64,000 nt of DNA, taken from NCBI GenBank assembly GCA_030390025.1, contig CM059451.1:1612001-1676000 (forward strand), read 5' to 3'. Each line of letters opens with the position of its first letter. Within the stretch, counting starts at the first letter, position 1. The DNA comes from Squalus acanthias (lineage: Eukaryota). Positions 12,466-26,116 of the stretch are shown here, piece after piece. Under the pieces are notes generated by a model, which made no database searches, was not told where the DNA came from, and saw only the letters and a program-made list of their open reading frames with translations. A program made the translations under genes and the position numbers.

Positions 12466-14711
12466 TCAACCCCTGGCCTGTGGGCCAAATGTGGTCCGCT
12501 TCTCAATTTCAACTGGCCTAGGAAACGGCCCATGATTTAAAACCAAATCTCTCCAAATAACCTGCTGAAAGAGCTAATCTGGCGGCGGGGATTGAAACCC
12601 ACAGATAACTCTGCCAGCTCTCTCGGCGGAAGTGCAGCAGGCTTTCATTCATCTTCCATTCCCAGCAGCGCTGCCTTTCCCTCCTCCAATTGGGACCTGC
12701 ATTCCTTTTGTATTGCTGAGGCAGGTACAAATGGAGGGGGAGAGCAGGGAAGGGGGAATCAAAAGCCTGCTGCATTCTTGCCGAGAGGTGATGGTGTTGC
12801 CTGTCGCTTTCACTCCCCACCAGCTGATCAGCTGTTTTGGCCATTCTGGAAATGTCCCAGCTCTAAGATTATGATGAACACAAACATTCACACAAATGTT
12901 CCTGAGAACGCGCTCACAAAATTGATGTACACTTGATTGCCTCCCAGTTTGCGATGCAAGAAATAGTTTAAACCTACCAGCAATTAATGCCTTTTATTCT
13001 ACAAAAGGTCTTCTATTGTACTGAGCTAGTTGTGACTATTATATTCATCCTATTGAAAGAGTCCTGAATATCGAGTCAAAGCACTCTCCTAGCTGCAGCA
13101 CTGATTAAAAATGAATATTTTGTGCTCTCAGCAGGCATTACTTTATTCACTTTTTTCCTCGAGATGCAGTTGCACTTTGAGCACATCTTCTAAATCAGCT
13201 CTGAAAGACTACGTGCTGCTGGCTGTTAATGCACCTTTTTGAATAATGCTTGTCAGTTTGGATTTATGATGTGATATCTCTCTCCTAGAGGCAATAATCC
13301 TGCCGTCACAGCACAGAATTCACTTTGACCTTGAACTTGCGTTATGGTACGATGGGTACAAGAGCTTAATAATATATTGGCCTGAAATTCCCCTCCCTGC
13401 GATTTTAGCATGGCTGTTGTGATCGATTCAGGGCGTCTCCTGATTACCTTTACTCGTATTCACAGGAAATTGCGGGTTCTATAGGCATTCTCTTCTGAGC
13501 CGTAGCATGTCTTGGGTAACTGCACTCGTGTACCAGAAGTTGTATAGGATGCCCAATCCTGCTTTCTCGCGGCAAATGTCAGACCATATGGTTCAGGCTG
13601 AAACAGCAAATTCAATTTATTGCGAGAATGAAAGACCAAACCAAAATAAACAGTCATGCAGGCCTGGATTTGCACCTTTTTAGTTTAAACTGTTTCTGAA
13701 ATCAAAATGAGTGTTCAAATTCTGGAAGTCCTTTCAACAGAGTCTTTTTGATGATTCTTTATTCTGTCCTGCTCCCTTTCATAAGCTACTGTCATCGTCC
13801 TGTCCTTGCGAGCTACTGTCCCGTCCTCAATTTTCCTTTCCTCTCAACTCCTTGAATGTGTTGCTTCCCAAATCCGTGCCTGTCTCTCCTGCAGCTCTGT
13901 TTGAATCTCTCCTATCAGGTTTATCCCCCCACCACCGCACCAAGACTGCCCTAACCAAAGTCACAAACGACATTCTCAGTGACTCACCGCAGTGTATTGT
14001 CCATCCTTGCCCAAGGCTGCGGCGAGGTCCAGGTCGACCACCCTCTATCCTCCTCCAATGACTCTGCTCCATTGCTCAGCTCAGTGAGATTGTCTTCACT
14101 TGGTTCCAGCCTTGCCTATCCAATCACAGCCAGACCATCTTCAGTAATGGTCCCCCTTCCCTCCCTCGCTTTAGGTCTCCCCTCCTAACATCTCCTTCCT
14201 TGGCTGTGCCCGTTATTTGATTAACCCTCTGTGAAGTGCTTTGGGACATTTTTCTATGTTAAAGGTGCTATAATCAGTGCATGCAGTAGGAACTTCAGTC
14301 AGTGTTTTGTGCATTTGGCAGTACTTCCCCCAAACAAAGGCAAGAAGATTCTTTGCAGGATACAGCCAACAGAATGAAATTTTATATTTTCCCTAGCCAA
14401 AAAAATGTAAAAAGACTTGATCCAGAAGTATTAAGAGTGGAGCACAAACACCGGTATGGACTGGTTGGGCCGAATGGCCTGTTTCTCTGCTGTATATTCA
14501 ATGTAAATATTACAGCCTCCAGTCTGTGACAGAAGGGGTTAAATCCCCATGAAATGGTTAATTCCTATGCTAAAATAGCAGAAGAATTTCAGATGTGCTA
14601 GTTGTGGAGCAAACTACATCTTCCACTGCTCCATGTTGGATGACCATTCTCTGTATTTAGGCTTTAGCCTTAATTCTGTTCTGATTTTTAACTTGGACTC
14701 TTCCTTTCCAG

Positions 14712-14923
14712 GTTCACACTTGTCGACCACCAGTCCAGTGTCACATCTGGCCTTCTCCAACCTCCCTCCTGCTGATCCTGCCACGACTCCTGTGCTTCCG
14801 GCCTTCTCCTCAGTGCCACCGTTTTGCCCCAACCCCTCGACTACAACCGAAAGCATTACAGCACCTTTTCACTCTCAGTGGAGTAAAGTCTCGGACCCTG
14901 CGCCTGCCGTAGCCCAGGAATAG
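14712..14923 (+). CDS. GRASP55/GORASP2-like gene, terminal coding exon
   Basis: Acceptor tcttcctttccag, phase 1; GSHLSTTSPVSHLAFSNLPPADPATTPVLPAFSSVPPFCPNPSTTTESITAPFHSQWSKVSDPAPAVAQE then TAG at 14921-14923; followed by a repeat-poor, AT-rich UTR-like stretch. Confidence 0.72.
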
Positions 14924-17650
14924 TCTCCTGCCAGCAGCTGAGACAAAAAGCTGTCTTCCGCACTTGTTTTGATGAAACTGGCACAAGGGTATGATCTACT
15001 CAGACAGCACTAATAAACTACTGAGGGATGCTTACCCTAACACACGAATAATACTGCCAAGATTCTAACTGAGTAGAAACAGACCTACTTTACTAAAAAA
15101 AAGGCTTCCCAATTTAGCAATATGTATGTAGATGTCAGTCTGACTCTTTAGCAGCATGACAATCATTTAAAAAAAATTAATTCCAGATAAACTAGCAGAA
15201 TTCTAAGCTGAACGTAGGATTCCAGTATATCGAATTCCTTCCCATTCATCCCATTGTGGAAACACACACACATCTGCACAAGTCGACTCCTCCCATTCAT
15301 GTTTTCACTACCTAGCGCACACCCAACATTTTCACTAGCACAGCTCGATCATTTTTAGCATGTTACGGTTTCTTATATTAAAAAAAAAAGTATTTTGTAT
15401 AAGTGTTTTAACTTCATTATAGTGACCACTCCAGCATCGTTTGCTGGAGCATGGGACTGAGAGCTGATTAAAGTTTGAGGCGTAGCAGTTTCCGAAAGCA
15501 TTTTTCAAAATAAAACTGTGCATTAATTCCCACTGTTTTGTCAAGTTGAATAGTTTGTTTTAATCTACCTAGTATAGATTCAGTTGCAGCATGAATGACT
15601 AAAGATGCTGACATACAAGTTTTCCTTTTTTGTCTCGTCAGTCCATTGGAACTCCTGGTCCAAGCGTAGCCTTGAACTGTTGTCATTAACATATTTTAAC
15701 CAATAGGTTATTGTGTTTATCAGTATTCAGCAGTAATCAAAAATGCCAGTGTTGCAGAATGCCGTTAACCGTCTTACTTATCCTGGGAATATACTGTTGC
15801 AATACTGTATGTAGCTTGCTTACGATTTATTGTTGAGCCATTTGCTGGTGGCTTATGACCATTATCATGACTGTGATTTTTCCAGTACTGGACACTAAGC
15901 GCATTAAGTTGAAGATACCGGAGTAATTAAGATGCGTGGAGAGGGGAGACTGGGGTGAAATTCCTCCGGTCACCGAAAGGGATTTCCCATTTTTCTGCTC
16001 ATGTTGACTTTTCAGTGAAATGTCACCCCAAAAGTTGATCACTAATCCAGTCTCTTGGTTAGGTAAGACCTTGTATGGTTTATTAATGGTATTCCAATAT
16101 TTTTTACTTTTTTTAAAGAAACTTCTACTTAACTACTGTGCTATTTATACAAGCTTGTTAATTTGTGGCCAAATATTGTGATATTATCAAGGTATCTTTA
16201 ATTAAGCTCCAAATGCATTCCCGATAATGATTGATAAATTAGATTGCCAGAAAGTTAGTATCACAACAGAAAAGCAAGCCAACAGTTTGCTTTCACATTC
16301 TCTGGGCTTCCACATGTTTATAGACCAGTATTCTGTGATATCGGGGCCTTGTATCTGCAGAGGATCTGGTCTGATACTACATGAGCATTCTGCCAGCTTC
16401 CTCCTTGCTTTGTCTTTCACTGTGATGATGGTGAAGGCTAATCACGGGGTTCGGGTTGACGTGGTTCAAAGGTCAATTCCAATCTAATGGCAAACTCTGA
16501 GTCACAATGCTTTTTTTAAAAAAAATCCAAGATCTGATGCATTCCTTTTTGTGATCTTCCTGCCTTTGGGCTGAGCCCTGCTGATTTAGAAATCTTTGTT
16601 TCACACACTAATTGTGAATGAAGGAAGCCATTCGGCCCATCGTAACTCGTCCATCCAGAAAGACCCTATAGTCGATCCTTCATTTGTGAAAGTGGGAAGA
16701 AAATACTTGTTTGAATTATTGGCTGCTTCTAGTTGAGAGAAAATTGGCAGAGTTTTTTTTCCAAAATGCTTAAAAAAAAAAAAAAATTCCTCCCCTCCTT
16801 CCCCCCCAGTCCTCTGCACATATATAATGAGTTCATTGTGCAGCCTCAACACTAACTATAGCATGTGAATTAAAAAACTTGCAATATGCCTGTTATAGCT
16901 GCGTTAAAGGTTTACTGTACCTTGTAAAGTAATAACACTATAGAGGATAGTAGAGGCTACTTCCTTGCGTCCCAATTCGTTTACCATAGTGTATGCAAGT
17001 GGATTATATGCATTTTTTTAATATGGGGGTTGGTCTGGCTGGGCCTTTTTGCATATAATGGACTCTATTGTCTGAGAGTACTGAGAGGGACCAGGTGTCT
17101 TGTAGAACTGGAATGATTCTCTTCACTTGAGTGGCAGAAAGGGTGCGTTGTAGCTGAACCTTTTCTTCATCCTTAAATTTGACAAAGATACTGGACCAAT
17201 TTTTATTTAAAAGCTGTACGAGCTATACAGTATTAAAGCCCTTTGTGTCATTACTTGTGTAAAATGAGATGATAGCTGATCCTAAGCATCCTGGTGTCAT
17301 TGTTGAGCAGGAGCTGTGTCTGTTTCTGTATCTGCCCGACGGTGTGCCATTGTGACTGGCATCGACCTGGGTTATTATGGACGTCGCACTCCAGCCCAAT
17401 TTGGCTCCAAGTTACTGACTGCAATAACTAGTAATGTACAGTATAGGTTTTAAAAGGCTAGTGTATTTTTGTCGGCACTCAGACTGTAGTTCAATAGCAC
17501 AGAAATTCAATGACCTTTTATACATCTTAATGTCCTGTAATTTTTTAAAAAAAACCAAGTTTAATGTTTACTGTGAAATTTCACTTTGCTGTAAATGTAC
17601 AGTCATTTGCTTTGGACCCATCAATAAAGATGGCAGTTGATGTCTCATGG
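14924..17650 (+). other. Probable 3' UTR of the GRASP-like gene with alternative polyadenylation signals
   Basis: About 2.7 kb largely free of recognisable repeats; AATAAA at 15012-15017, 15509-15514 and 17623-17628, the last followed by a GU-rich tract (tgttgcgtttgttttctg). Confidence 0.55.
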
Positions 17651-18175
17651 TGTTGCGTTTGTTTTCTGTAATGAAGGCTTTCTTCAGGCATCCTGCATAT
17701 TGTACACTACGGATGAGCCAACTCGAAGCTTATTAAGGAGGGGTTGTACACCTAAAAATGACATGTTTCACTTCAGTTCCCTCAGCTAGTGAAGGGTTAT
17801 AATCTGAGCTTCCAACTTGAGAGCGCGCCTTGGGCAGCAAGCCCTCCCTAAGTTTTTGATCCCAACTTGTGATCGTAACTCTACTGAATGCAAATTGAAT
17901 TTACAACCATCATTAATCTAAAACTATTGTCATTGCAAAATGGTTATTACCCGAACCCTGGTCTGGATTAAGCGAGTTGGTGATCTCCAGCAAAGTTCAC
18001 TAGTTCTAAGAGACTCCGATCAAAAACTCCAGAAAGTTGGTCTCTGTCTGGGACCTGAGGATTTTGTGCAGATGTGGAATGTTCCTAACTCTCTGTCTAT
18101 ATCTTCGCTCTCTTACTATTTTGATCAAACCAATCAATTATCTGTAACTAAATAAAACTTTAAAGGAAACTTAAC

Positions 18176-18482
18176 AAATCAAATTAAAATTTGGTAGTCC
18201 GGGGTGACGATGCACTCCAGCCCCCGCGGCGCCCACCGGTCGCGGAAAAACTCAAGCGTGCCGGCGGACACCGCGTGCTCCATCTCCAGGGCCACCCGGG
18301 CGCGAACATGGCCGCGGAAGAGAGGCAGGCAATCGGGCCGAACGACCCCCTCGACCGCCCGCTGCCTGGACCAATTAATGGCTTTCTTAGCCAGGCCCAG
18401 GAGCAGTCCCACGAGGAGGTCCTCCAACCTGCCCGCTCCCCTCCGCACCGGGTGACCGTAGATCAGGAGCGTGGGGCTGAAG
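18176..18482 (-). mobile_element. Tx1/L1-clade LINE 3' fragment
   Basis: DLLVGLLLGLAKKAINWSRQRAVEGVVRPDCLPLFRGHVRARVALEMEHAVSAGTLEFFRDRWAP, recalled Tx1 ORF2 C-terminus; GC-rich. Confidence 0.8.
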
Positions 18483-19179
18483 ATCTTCGCTCTCTTGTGT
18501 GTAAGTTTTCAGAGAATGGTATATGGTCAATTATGGAACTCTCCTGAAGATTGATTGTTTCTTCTTGCTGGCATCTGGGTAACTGGAGGGGTCAACTATG
18601 TAGGGCATCACCAGATAGATACAGATGAAGGCCATTCTTCCCATCCTAGCTCATTATTCCTGGAAAAGACCAACAGTTTCACCCCCCCGCCCCGCTATTG
18701 GAACCAGCATCGCAACCGTCCTACTGACCCTAATATAAAAGTTACTTCAAAGAATTCCCATGGTTTTGTCCTCCACTGCCCTTTGCAGAAGTCCATTCCA
18801 AGTGTTAGTTACTCTGGGTGAAGACCTTCAGGAAATCAGTCCTAAATTTGCCTTTTACCAGTTTGAATCTGTGTCCCTTTGTCTTGCTGGTATGGATTAA
18901 TTAGTAGTAGGATTTACCTTTTTTTAAATGTTCCCTATCCATAGCTCTGAAGTTGCCCCTCAATTGCCTCCTTTTGAAGAGCCCAATCTTTCCTCCAACT
19001 ATTCTGACACCAGGAGTCAACCTCTCGGCCTCTTCTCTGTACCACTTCTACAGCTTGAGTGATTCCTTTGTTTTAGTGACCAGAACTGGACACAGTGGTC
19101 AAGGTGCTGTCTGACCACATCAATGTAAAGTTTAAGCATGATGTTCCCCACCTGCTTTATTATTCTAGTTCTTACTCCT

Positions 19180-19715
19180 GATGCAGTGACGGGATGTCCA
19201 CATTCCTGGAGCGCTAAAGGACGCAGGCGGGGCGGTGGTGGTGCAGCGTTGTACAATGTCCCGTGCCGCGCTGCTGCGATCCGAGACTCCTTCCCTCCCT
19301 GAAAGGAAGGGCCATCGCTGCAGGCTCTGCATTGGGACCAGTTAGCTGGTTCCTGATAGCCGCGATCCGGCCCGATCAGCCCCATGCACTGCAGCAGCGT
19401 GCCGCGCTGATCGATCGCGGCCCAGGAGCAATCGAAAAAAATCACCAAGCGTTAAGATTTTTCTCCTACCCGCGCCAACATCCCCTTTTATTTGCGCTCC
19501 CGGCTTCCCGAACAATACCTCCTGCAGCTGTCTGTGTCATCGGGGGGCGGGACCAAAGTTCGGGTCCGGGGCGATGCACACGGCAATGAACGCTACGATC
19601 TCCGCGTGCAGGAGATCGTGGTGCAAAGGTTACCACTGCCGCAAACCTCTCACCGAAGTTCGTGGGAGTTGTTCATCTCGCCGTGCCCCGCAGGCGATAA
19701 CGGGAGGTGCTAAGG
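19180..19715 (-). mobile_element. Probable diverged Tx1-like LINE fragment
   Basis: Sharp-edged CpG-rich insert inside a decayed CR1; weak resemblance to Tx1 ORF2 (AARHGTLYN). Confidence 0.35.
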
Positions 19716-19875
19716 TACCGAATTTCTCTCCCTTATTATCCAAGCAGTATGTGACCTCCTTATTCTTCCTATCAAAATGTACCGCCTCACAGTATTCTAA
19801 AGAAAGTACACTTCTTGTTATAATACTTAATGCACAAATATGTCACCAATAGTTAAATATTGTATGTAAACCAAA

Positions 19876-19894
19876 TGTCCATTAGGTGGCAGTA
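19876..19894 (+). promoter_or_regulatory. Candidate CTCF site between the convergent genes
   Basis: tgtccattaggtggcagta closely matches CCASYAGRKGGCRS and lies in apparently unique sequence; motif match only. Confidence 0.4.
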
Positions 19895-20319
19895 TAGGAA
19901 AAGGTTATCACCATTGAGTGAAGTAGTTTCTAAGAAAGCAGCATCCAGTATGATTTAATAAGGAATGGAGTGAAGCTGGTATCTTCATTCTCATAGGCCA
20001 CATGAATGGCAGCCTGTGCAGAAATATAGCTTTTTCTGGGAGAGAATAGTTCACAGACTGATATTGCAGGTGGGAGGGGAAAATTTAGGGGTATGGGGAT
20101 GAAAAATTTGAGGGCAGGAATTCAAAGGTTGGGAAAGCAAAATTAGACTGGCCCGTGAAATGTTTGCGAGGTTTTCCTTTGAAGTGAAAATGAGAAATAG
20201 TCCTTCCATGTGAATTTTTAGAAATATTTTTTCAGATGCGTACTCTTAAGCATGTATAACCTGAAAATGATTCGTGGCCAAAAGCTGACCTGGTTATTAT
20301 GACATTCCTCGGTCTGCTA

Positions 20320-20550
20320 ATAAGAACATAATAAATAGGAGCAGGAGTAGGCCAATCGGCCCCTCGAGCCTGCTCCGCCATTCAATAAGATCATGGCTGA
20401 TCTGATCCTAACCTCAAATCTGAAGAACACAAGAAGTAGGAGCAGGACCCGGCCACTCAGACCCTGGGCCCGCTCCGCCACCCACAGGGCCCTGACCGAT
20501 CCGAACTCAGCCTCATGTCCAATTTCCTACCCGCTCACCGTAACCCCTAA
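20320..20550 (-). mobile_element. 5'-truncated copy of the same CR1 subfamily (3' UTR)
   Basis: Near-identical to 42799-43015, including the duplicated 3' stem-loop unit. Confidence 0.92.
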
Positions 20551-21999
20551 TTATAATGTAGCATCAATGCTAAGCCATTTAAAACTCAAAGGTTAAGGCC
20601 CACGTTAAAATGGCAGACAGGCACAGCATACGAACACGTTAAGTATTCGTCCAGTAATATAACTAACAGTCATTTCTAGGTTTCTATCTTTTTACATAGA
20701 ATGTACAGCACAGAAACCGGCCATTCGGCCCAACTGGTCTATGTCGGTGTTTACGCTCCACACCAGCCTCCTCCCACCCCTCCTCATCTCACTCACACTT
20801 GGATCACTGTGTGATATGTTTTCACATAGTCTGTAAATACCAGAATTTCTTTGCATGAACAGGAAAAGAAAGCAGTTAACCTTGCTGTACAGCGATTTCT
20901 TTTTGGTCCTTTAAATTTGTACTGCCTTCTCGCCACCCGAGTCCCCTTGCTCCCTACTGAGATTTTTCGGAGATCTGTTCCCAGGCCGTTTGCCAATTGC
21001 TATCCCTATACACTTGCTACAAGGTGTGTAAGAGTTTTCTGTGGTTACTCGCCATTGGATTTTCCACTCCCCTCCCCTATGTGGAAGTGCCCGGCTCTGT
21101 ATGTCATGGTGAGACTAGCACTATGGTAGGAGGCCGGGGGTAGTTAAGGAGCAGGCTTGTGTCCTATTGGCACTCCAGTGTGCATCTGATCTGCATTTTC
21201 AATTAGATGGCTCTTGATGTCATGTAGTAGTTCCAGTGTGCTCTGTGCTTTGCTGTAAACTCCAGCTCCCCCCTCTCATCATTCAAGCTCCTACTTATTG
21301 ACACTGGGCAAACTGATCTGATTTCCCAGATCAAATATGCTGTGATATTTACATTTTCTCATTTTTACAGATATTTTAGATATCAATAACTAAAATGTGT
21401 AACTAAATTTAATGGTGCTTTGAAGAGCGGACTATCCTTTCAGTTAAATATTAAAGTAGAGGATGCAGTTTTAGTCAGCAGGAGGTGGGTAGGGTTCAGA
21501 GGCTTTCTCCTCCCCCCCCCCCCTCCCCCCGGCTCTAATCTTCTCCCAGGTTCTTCCCCAGGAATTGATTCCTGCTCATGATTAAGTAGGTACCCGCCTT
21601 CCTTCTACTACCTCAGACAACTGGCCAACAAGGTGAGGGGAGTAGATTTTCCGATCATCCATATTCAGTGGTCACAAAATCTACTCGAGTGTTTCCTTTG
21701 AACAGTTACAGCTGGGATCCAAAGATGAGCTCTTGGGGAAGAAGGTGGCATCAGTGCTAGAACTATTGGGCTGCTTTAACAATCCAGTATAACACCATCC
21801 AGGCTGGTTTCTCCCCGGTGGCAAAACGTTGTGTGTAGAAACATCTGGGTGTAAAAGTAGCGTTGGGGATCGGCCGCCCGTTACCCACTTCAATTGGAAT
21901 GCAAATCGGGCATTTTCTACAATGGATGGTTGATCCATAATGCTGGTATTGCACCTGGCTGCCAAAGTTGAAAATCTACCCCCTTGTCTCCACCCATTG

Positions 22000-22389
22000 G
22001 TGTCGGGCTCAGTGGGTAGTACTCTGGTCTGAGTCAGAAGGTTGTGGGTTCAAGTCCCACTCCACAGACTTGAGCACATAAAGCTAGGCTGACACTCCAG
22101 TGCAGTACTGAGGGAGTGCTGCACTGTCGGAGGTACCGTCTTTCAGATGAGACGTTAAACCGAGGCCCCGTCTGCCCTCTTAGGTGAATGTAAAAGATCC
22201 CATGGCACAATTTTGAAGAACAGCAGGGGAATTATCCCTGATGTCTTGGCCAATATTCATCTCTCAACCAACGTCATGAAAGAAAAACGATTATCTGGTC
22301 ATTATCACATTTGTGGGACCTTGCTGTGCGTAAATTGGCTGCTGCGTTTCCTGCATTAGAACAGTGACTACACTTCAAAAGTATTTAAT
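22000..22389 (+). mobile_element. tRNA-derived Deu-domain SINE (SacSINE1-like); tail resumes at about 23115-23175
   Basis: A/B boxes ggctcagtgg and ggttcaagtccc, Deu core cttgctgtgcgtaaattggctg, L2-like tail after the RTE. Confidence 0.82.
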
Positions 22390-23100
22390 CATCTTCTTAG
22401 GCAGTCCCTCGGAACCGGGGATGACTTGCTTCCACACTAAAACTGAGTTCTCAGGTGACTGATGAGTCCAATGTGAGACCTACAGTCTCTGTCATAGGTG
22501 GGGCAGACGGTGGTTGAAGGGGCAGGTGGGTGGGGTGCTTGGGTTGACGTGCGCTCCTTCCGCTGTTTGCGCTTGGCTTCCGCTTGCTCCCGGCGAAGAG
22601 ACTCGAGGTGTTCGGCGCCTTCCCGGATGCTTCTCCTCCACTTCATGCGGTCTTGGGCCAGGGATTCCTAGGTGTCGGTGGGGATGTTGCGCTTTTTCAA
22701 GGAGGCTTTGAGGGTGTCCTTGAAGCGTTTCCTCTGCCCACCTGGGGCTCTCTTGCCGTGTCGCAGCTCCAAGTAGAGCGCTTGTTTTGGGAGTCTCATA
22801 TCGGGCATGCAGACGATATGGCCCGTCCATCGGAGCTCATCGAGCGTGGTCGAAGCTTCGATGCTGGGGATGTTGGCCTGAGCGAGAACACTGCTCTGTA
22901 GACCATGAGCTTGGTGCTGGGTTTGAGGTCTTGGTCTTCAAACACTCTCTTCCTCAGGCGACCGAAGGCTGCACTGGCACACTAAAGGCGGTGTTGGACT
23001 TCATCATCGACGCCTGCCCTTGTTGACAGTAGGCTCCCGAGGTATGGAAAGTGGTCCACATTGTCCAAGGCCTCGTCATGGATTTTGATAATCGGGGAGC
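22390..23100 (-). mobile_element. RTE-clade LINE fragment, internally deleted, inserted in a SINE
   Basis: Highly similar to the 5859-6386 copy; ORFs 22437..22646 and 22492..22830. Confidence 0.9.
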
Positions 23101-24339
23101 TGGGCTGGGATAATGGGCTGTAAAGTGCTTTGGGATATCCTGAGGTCGTGAAAGGTGCTGTATAAATTCAAGTATTTATTGTCTTTGGGGGATTTCTTTA
23201 TCTTACCACTTGATTAGGCAGCAGCCGCCTATGCTTCTGATGTCTCGTTATAATAACAAAAGAGGACACTACCTTTGGCGGTCTTTTAAAAGTTTTTCAA
23301 TTTTAATTTGATATATGATACAACAGCATTGTACTCCATCTCAACATTTCTTTAAAAGACAATATTTTATTAAAACATGCATATACAGGGGTATGATACA
23401 TAGAAAATGCTCAGCAGTGAATGGGCCACATTTTAGCAAAGAACTCTGTGGAAATGCAATTCCAAATGGACAGAAGATATATTGGTAATGGGAATCATAC
23501 AGTCCAATGACATAATCCCCTTTTTTTTCTCCCTTTTTAAGCCCCTCATACACCTGCCTTGTGCTAGGAGGGTGGAGGGGATGAGGAGTTGGGCTTCCTG
23601 ATGCCCCCCTGTTACTGATGTTGCGCCATCTTGCTTCTTCCTCCTGATGAGGTGCACGCCTCCCTCAATAGTTAAGATGCACCCACGTGCGTGAACCTGC
23701 CAAGGGCCAATTCTACTTACATATGGGCAGTGGTGGCAGATCTGAGTGCCAAGTAGAACTGGGACAGCAACCCCCAAACATGGATTGAGGAAAGGGGAAA
23801 CAAGCTGGGAATCACTAAACACACCACAATTGGACTCTACACTCTAGCTTGGGGTCAATATTCTCTTTCCAGATTTTAAAATTTAGAAACACTAATTCCT
23901 AGGTTAGTTTATCCCTGTTCTTTCTCCTCACCTCCTGAAGGTGATGACTGTTCCTTGGGTATGATGCCATGGGCACTGACTGCCCTCTGGATGCCCTGTT
24001 CAACTGGCATTATCCACGCACGAACCTCGTCAGTGAATGTCAGCAGCGAGATGGGGGCAGTAGCAGCACTGCCACAGCCCTATCCTGACCTCCACCAACA
24101 TCCACACATTTCCAGCAGGGGCCACTGAATAATAATCAGCAGTAGGAACCCAGACTAACTTTTCACTGGACCACGAAGGCCAATTACAGAGGCCCAACTG
24201 TCACCACAGCTGAACACGGGCAAGGGATGGGATTTGGGACCATCGTGTTCTGTATGTCTCAGTTCAGTGCAGTTACCAACAGATCCATTGAAGGAACTCT
24301 GCATTCACATCTTAGCTTTCTTTTGCAGAACTCCTAATC

Positions 24340-25492
24340 TGTTCAGTTCATGATACTGGGGCTTAGAGGGTTAAATTATGAGGACAGGTTGCATAAACTT
24401 GGCTTGTATTCCCTTGAATTTAGAAGATTGAGGGGTGATCTGATCGAGGTGTTTAAAATGTTAAAAGGATTTGATAGGATACATACAGAGAAACTATTTC
24501 CTCTGGTGGAGGGAATCCAGAATGAGTTGACATAACCTTAACTGAACCAGCCACATAAATACTGTGGCAACAAGAGCAGGTCAGAGGCTGGGTATTCTGC
24601 GGCGAGTGTCTCACCTCCTGACGCCCCAAAGCCTTTCCACCATCTACAAGGCACAAGGACTGTGATGGAATACTCTTCACTTGCCTGAATGAGTGCAGCT
24701 CCAACAACACTCAAGAAGCTCGACACCATCCAGCACAAAGCAGCCCATGTGGTTGGCACCCTATCCACCACCGGCGTACCGTGGCTGCAGTGTGCGCCAT
24801 CTACAAGATGCACTGCAGCAACTCGCCAAGACTTCTTCGGCAGCACCTCCCAAACCCGCGACCGCTTCCACCTAGAAGGACAAGGGCCGCAGGCACATGG
24901 GAAACCCACCACCTCCAAGTTCCCCTCCAAGTCACACACCATCATCGTCGCTGGGTCAAAATCCTGGAACTCCCTCCCTAACAGCACTGTGGGAGCACCT
25001 TCACCACACGGACTGCAGCGGTTCAAGAAGGCGGCTCACCACCAGCTTCTCAAGGGCAACTAGGGATGGGCAATAAATGCTGGCCTTGCCAGCGACGCCC
25101 ACATCCCATAAATGAATTCTTTTAACAATTAGAGTTCGGCCATTCAGGAGCAAAACAGGAAGTACTTCTTCACACAAAGGGTAGTGGAAATCTCGAAAAC
25201 TCTCCCCCAAAAGGCTGTGGATGCTGGGGGTCAATTGGAGCTTTCAAGACTGAGATTGGTAGGTTTTTGTTGGGTAAGGGTATCGAGGGATATGGAGCTA
25301 AGGCGGGTAAAGAACATAAGAAGTAGGAGCAGGAGTCGGCTATACGGCCCCTCGAGCCTGCTCCGCTGAACTCCTACATCAACTCCACTTTCCCACCCTA
25401 GCCCCAAATGGACATGAGGTACAGATCAGCCATGATCAAATTGAATGGTGGAGCAGGGCCGAGGGGCTGAATGGCCTCCTCCTGTTCCTATG
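24340..25492 (+). mobile_element. CR1 3' fragment interrupted by a second-family LINE and an inverted CR1 tail
   Basis: GLNYEDRLHKLGLYSLEFRRLRGDLIE; resumes at about 25125; inverted tail at 25310-25405. Confidence 0.85.
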
Positions 25493-26116
25493 CAAAGTAG
25501 TGCTATTTCCATAAAGCAATGAAGGACCACATTTCAATTGTGTCCCGTGCCTTTATTTTCGAAACCGTATCAAATCTGAATATTTTGCCCATCTCCAGAC
25601 TTTTTTTTTAAAATCGCTATTTGAGTCGGTGCTTAACTGTCAAGCTGTCATGTTGACTGCATGAGTGTGAAAGACCAGGCAGTGCGACATTCCCAACTCC
25701 GGAGAAACATTGGAACCATAATCCACCACCTGAAACTCTACACAAGTGCATGACTTCAGGAGATGTTTTTAGGGGGGGGCGGGGGAGGGAGGGGTGTTGT
25801 GCTGATTAAAAGAGCTCGATTCTGGAATGTGGGACAATTAGCAAAATGCCAGGAAGATCCTCCACTGTTACTGGTGCAGCGTCCTAGCAATGCGCTGATA
25901 AAGATATGCTCGTCAGTTAAGAGTGGCAAAAAACGTACCGGCTCAAACTTTATCCTGAAAAGATTGTTGTCACTTTTTTTTGTGCCAACTCGTGCAATTC
26001 CTGTCACTAAGTGCTAGTCCTTTATGATGTTTTCTTCACGAATAAAAGAAAATGACACAACTCCCCAAATGGTTCAGCAGCTTTTGCCAACAACATTTCC
26101 AATTAAGGAACACCAC

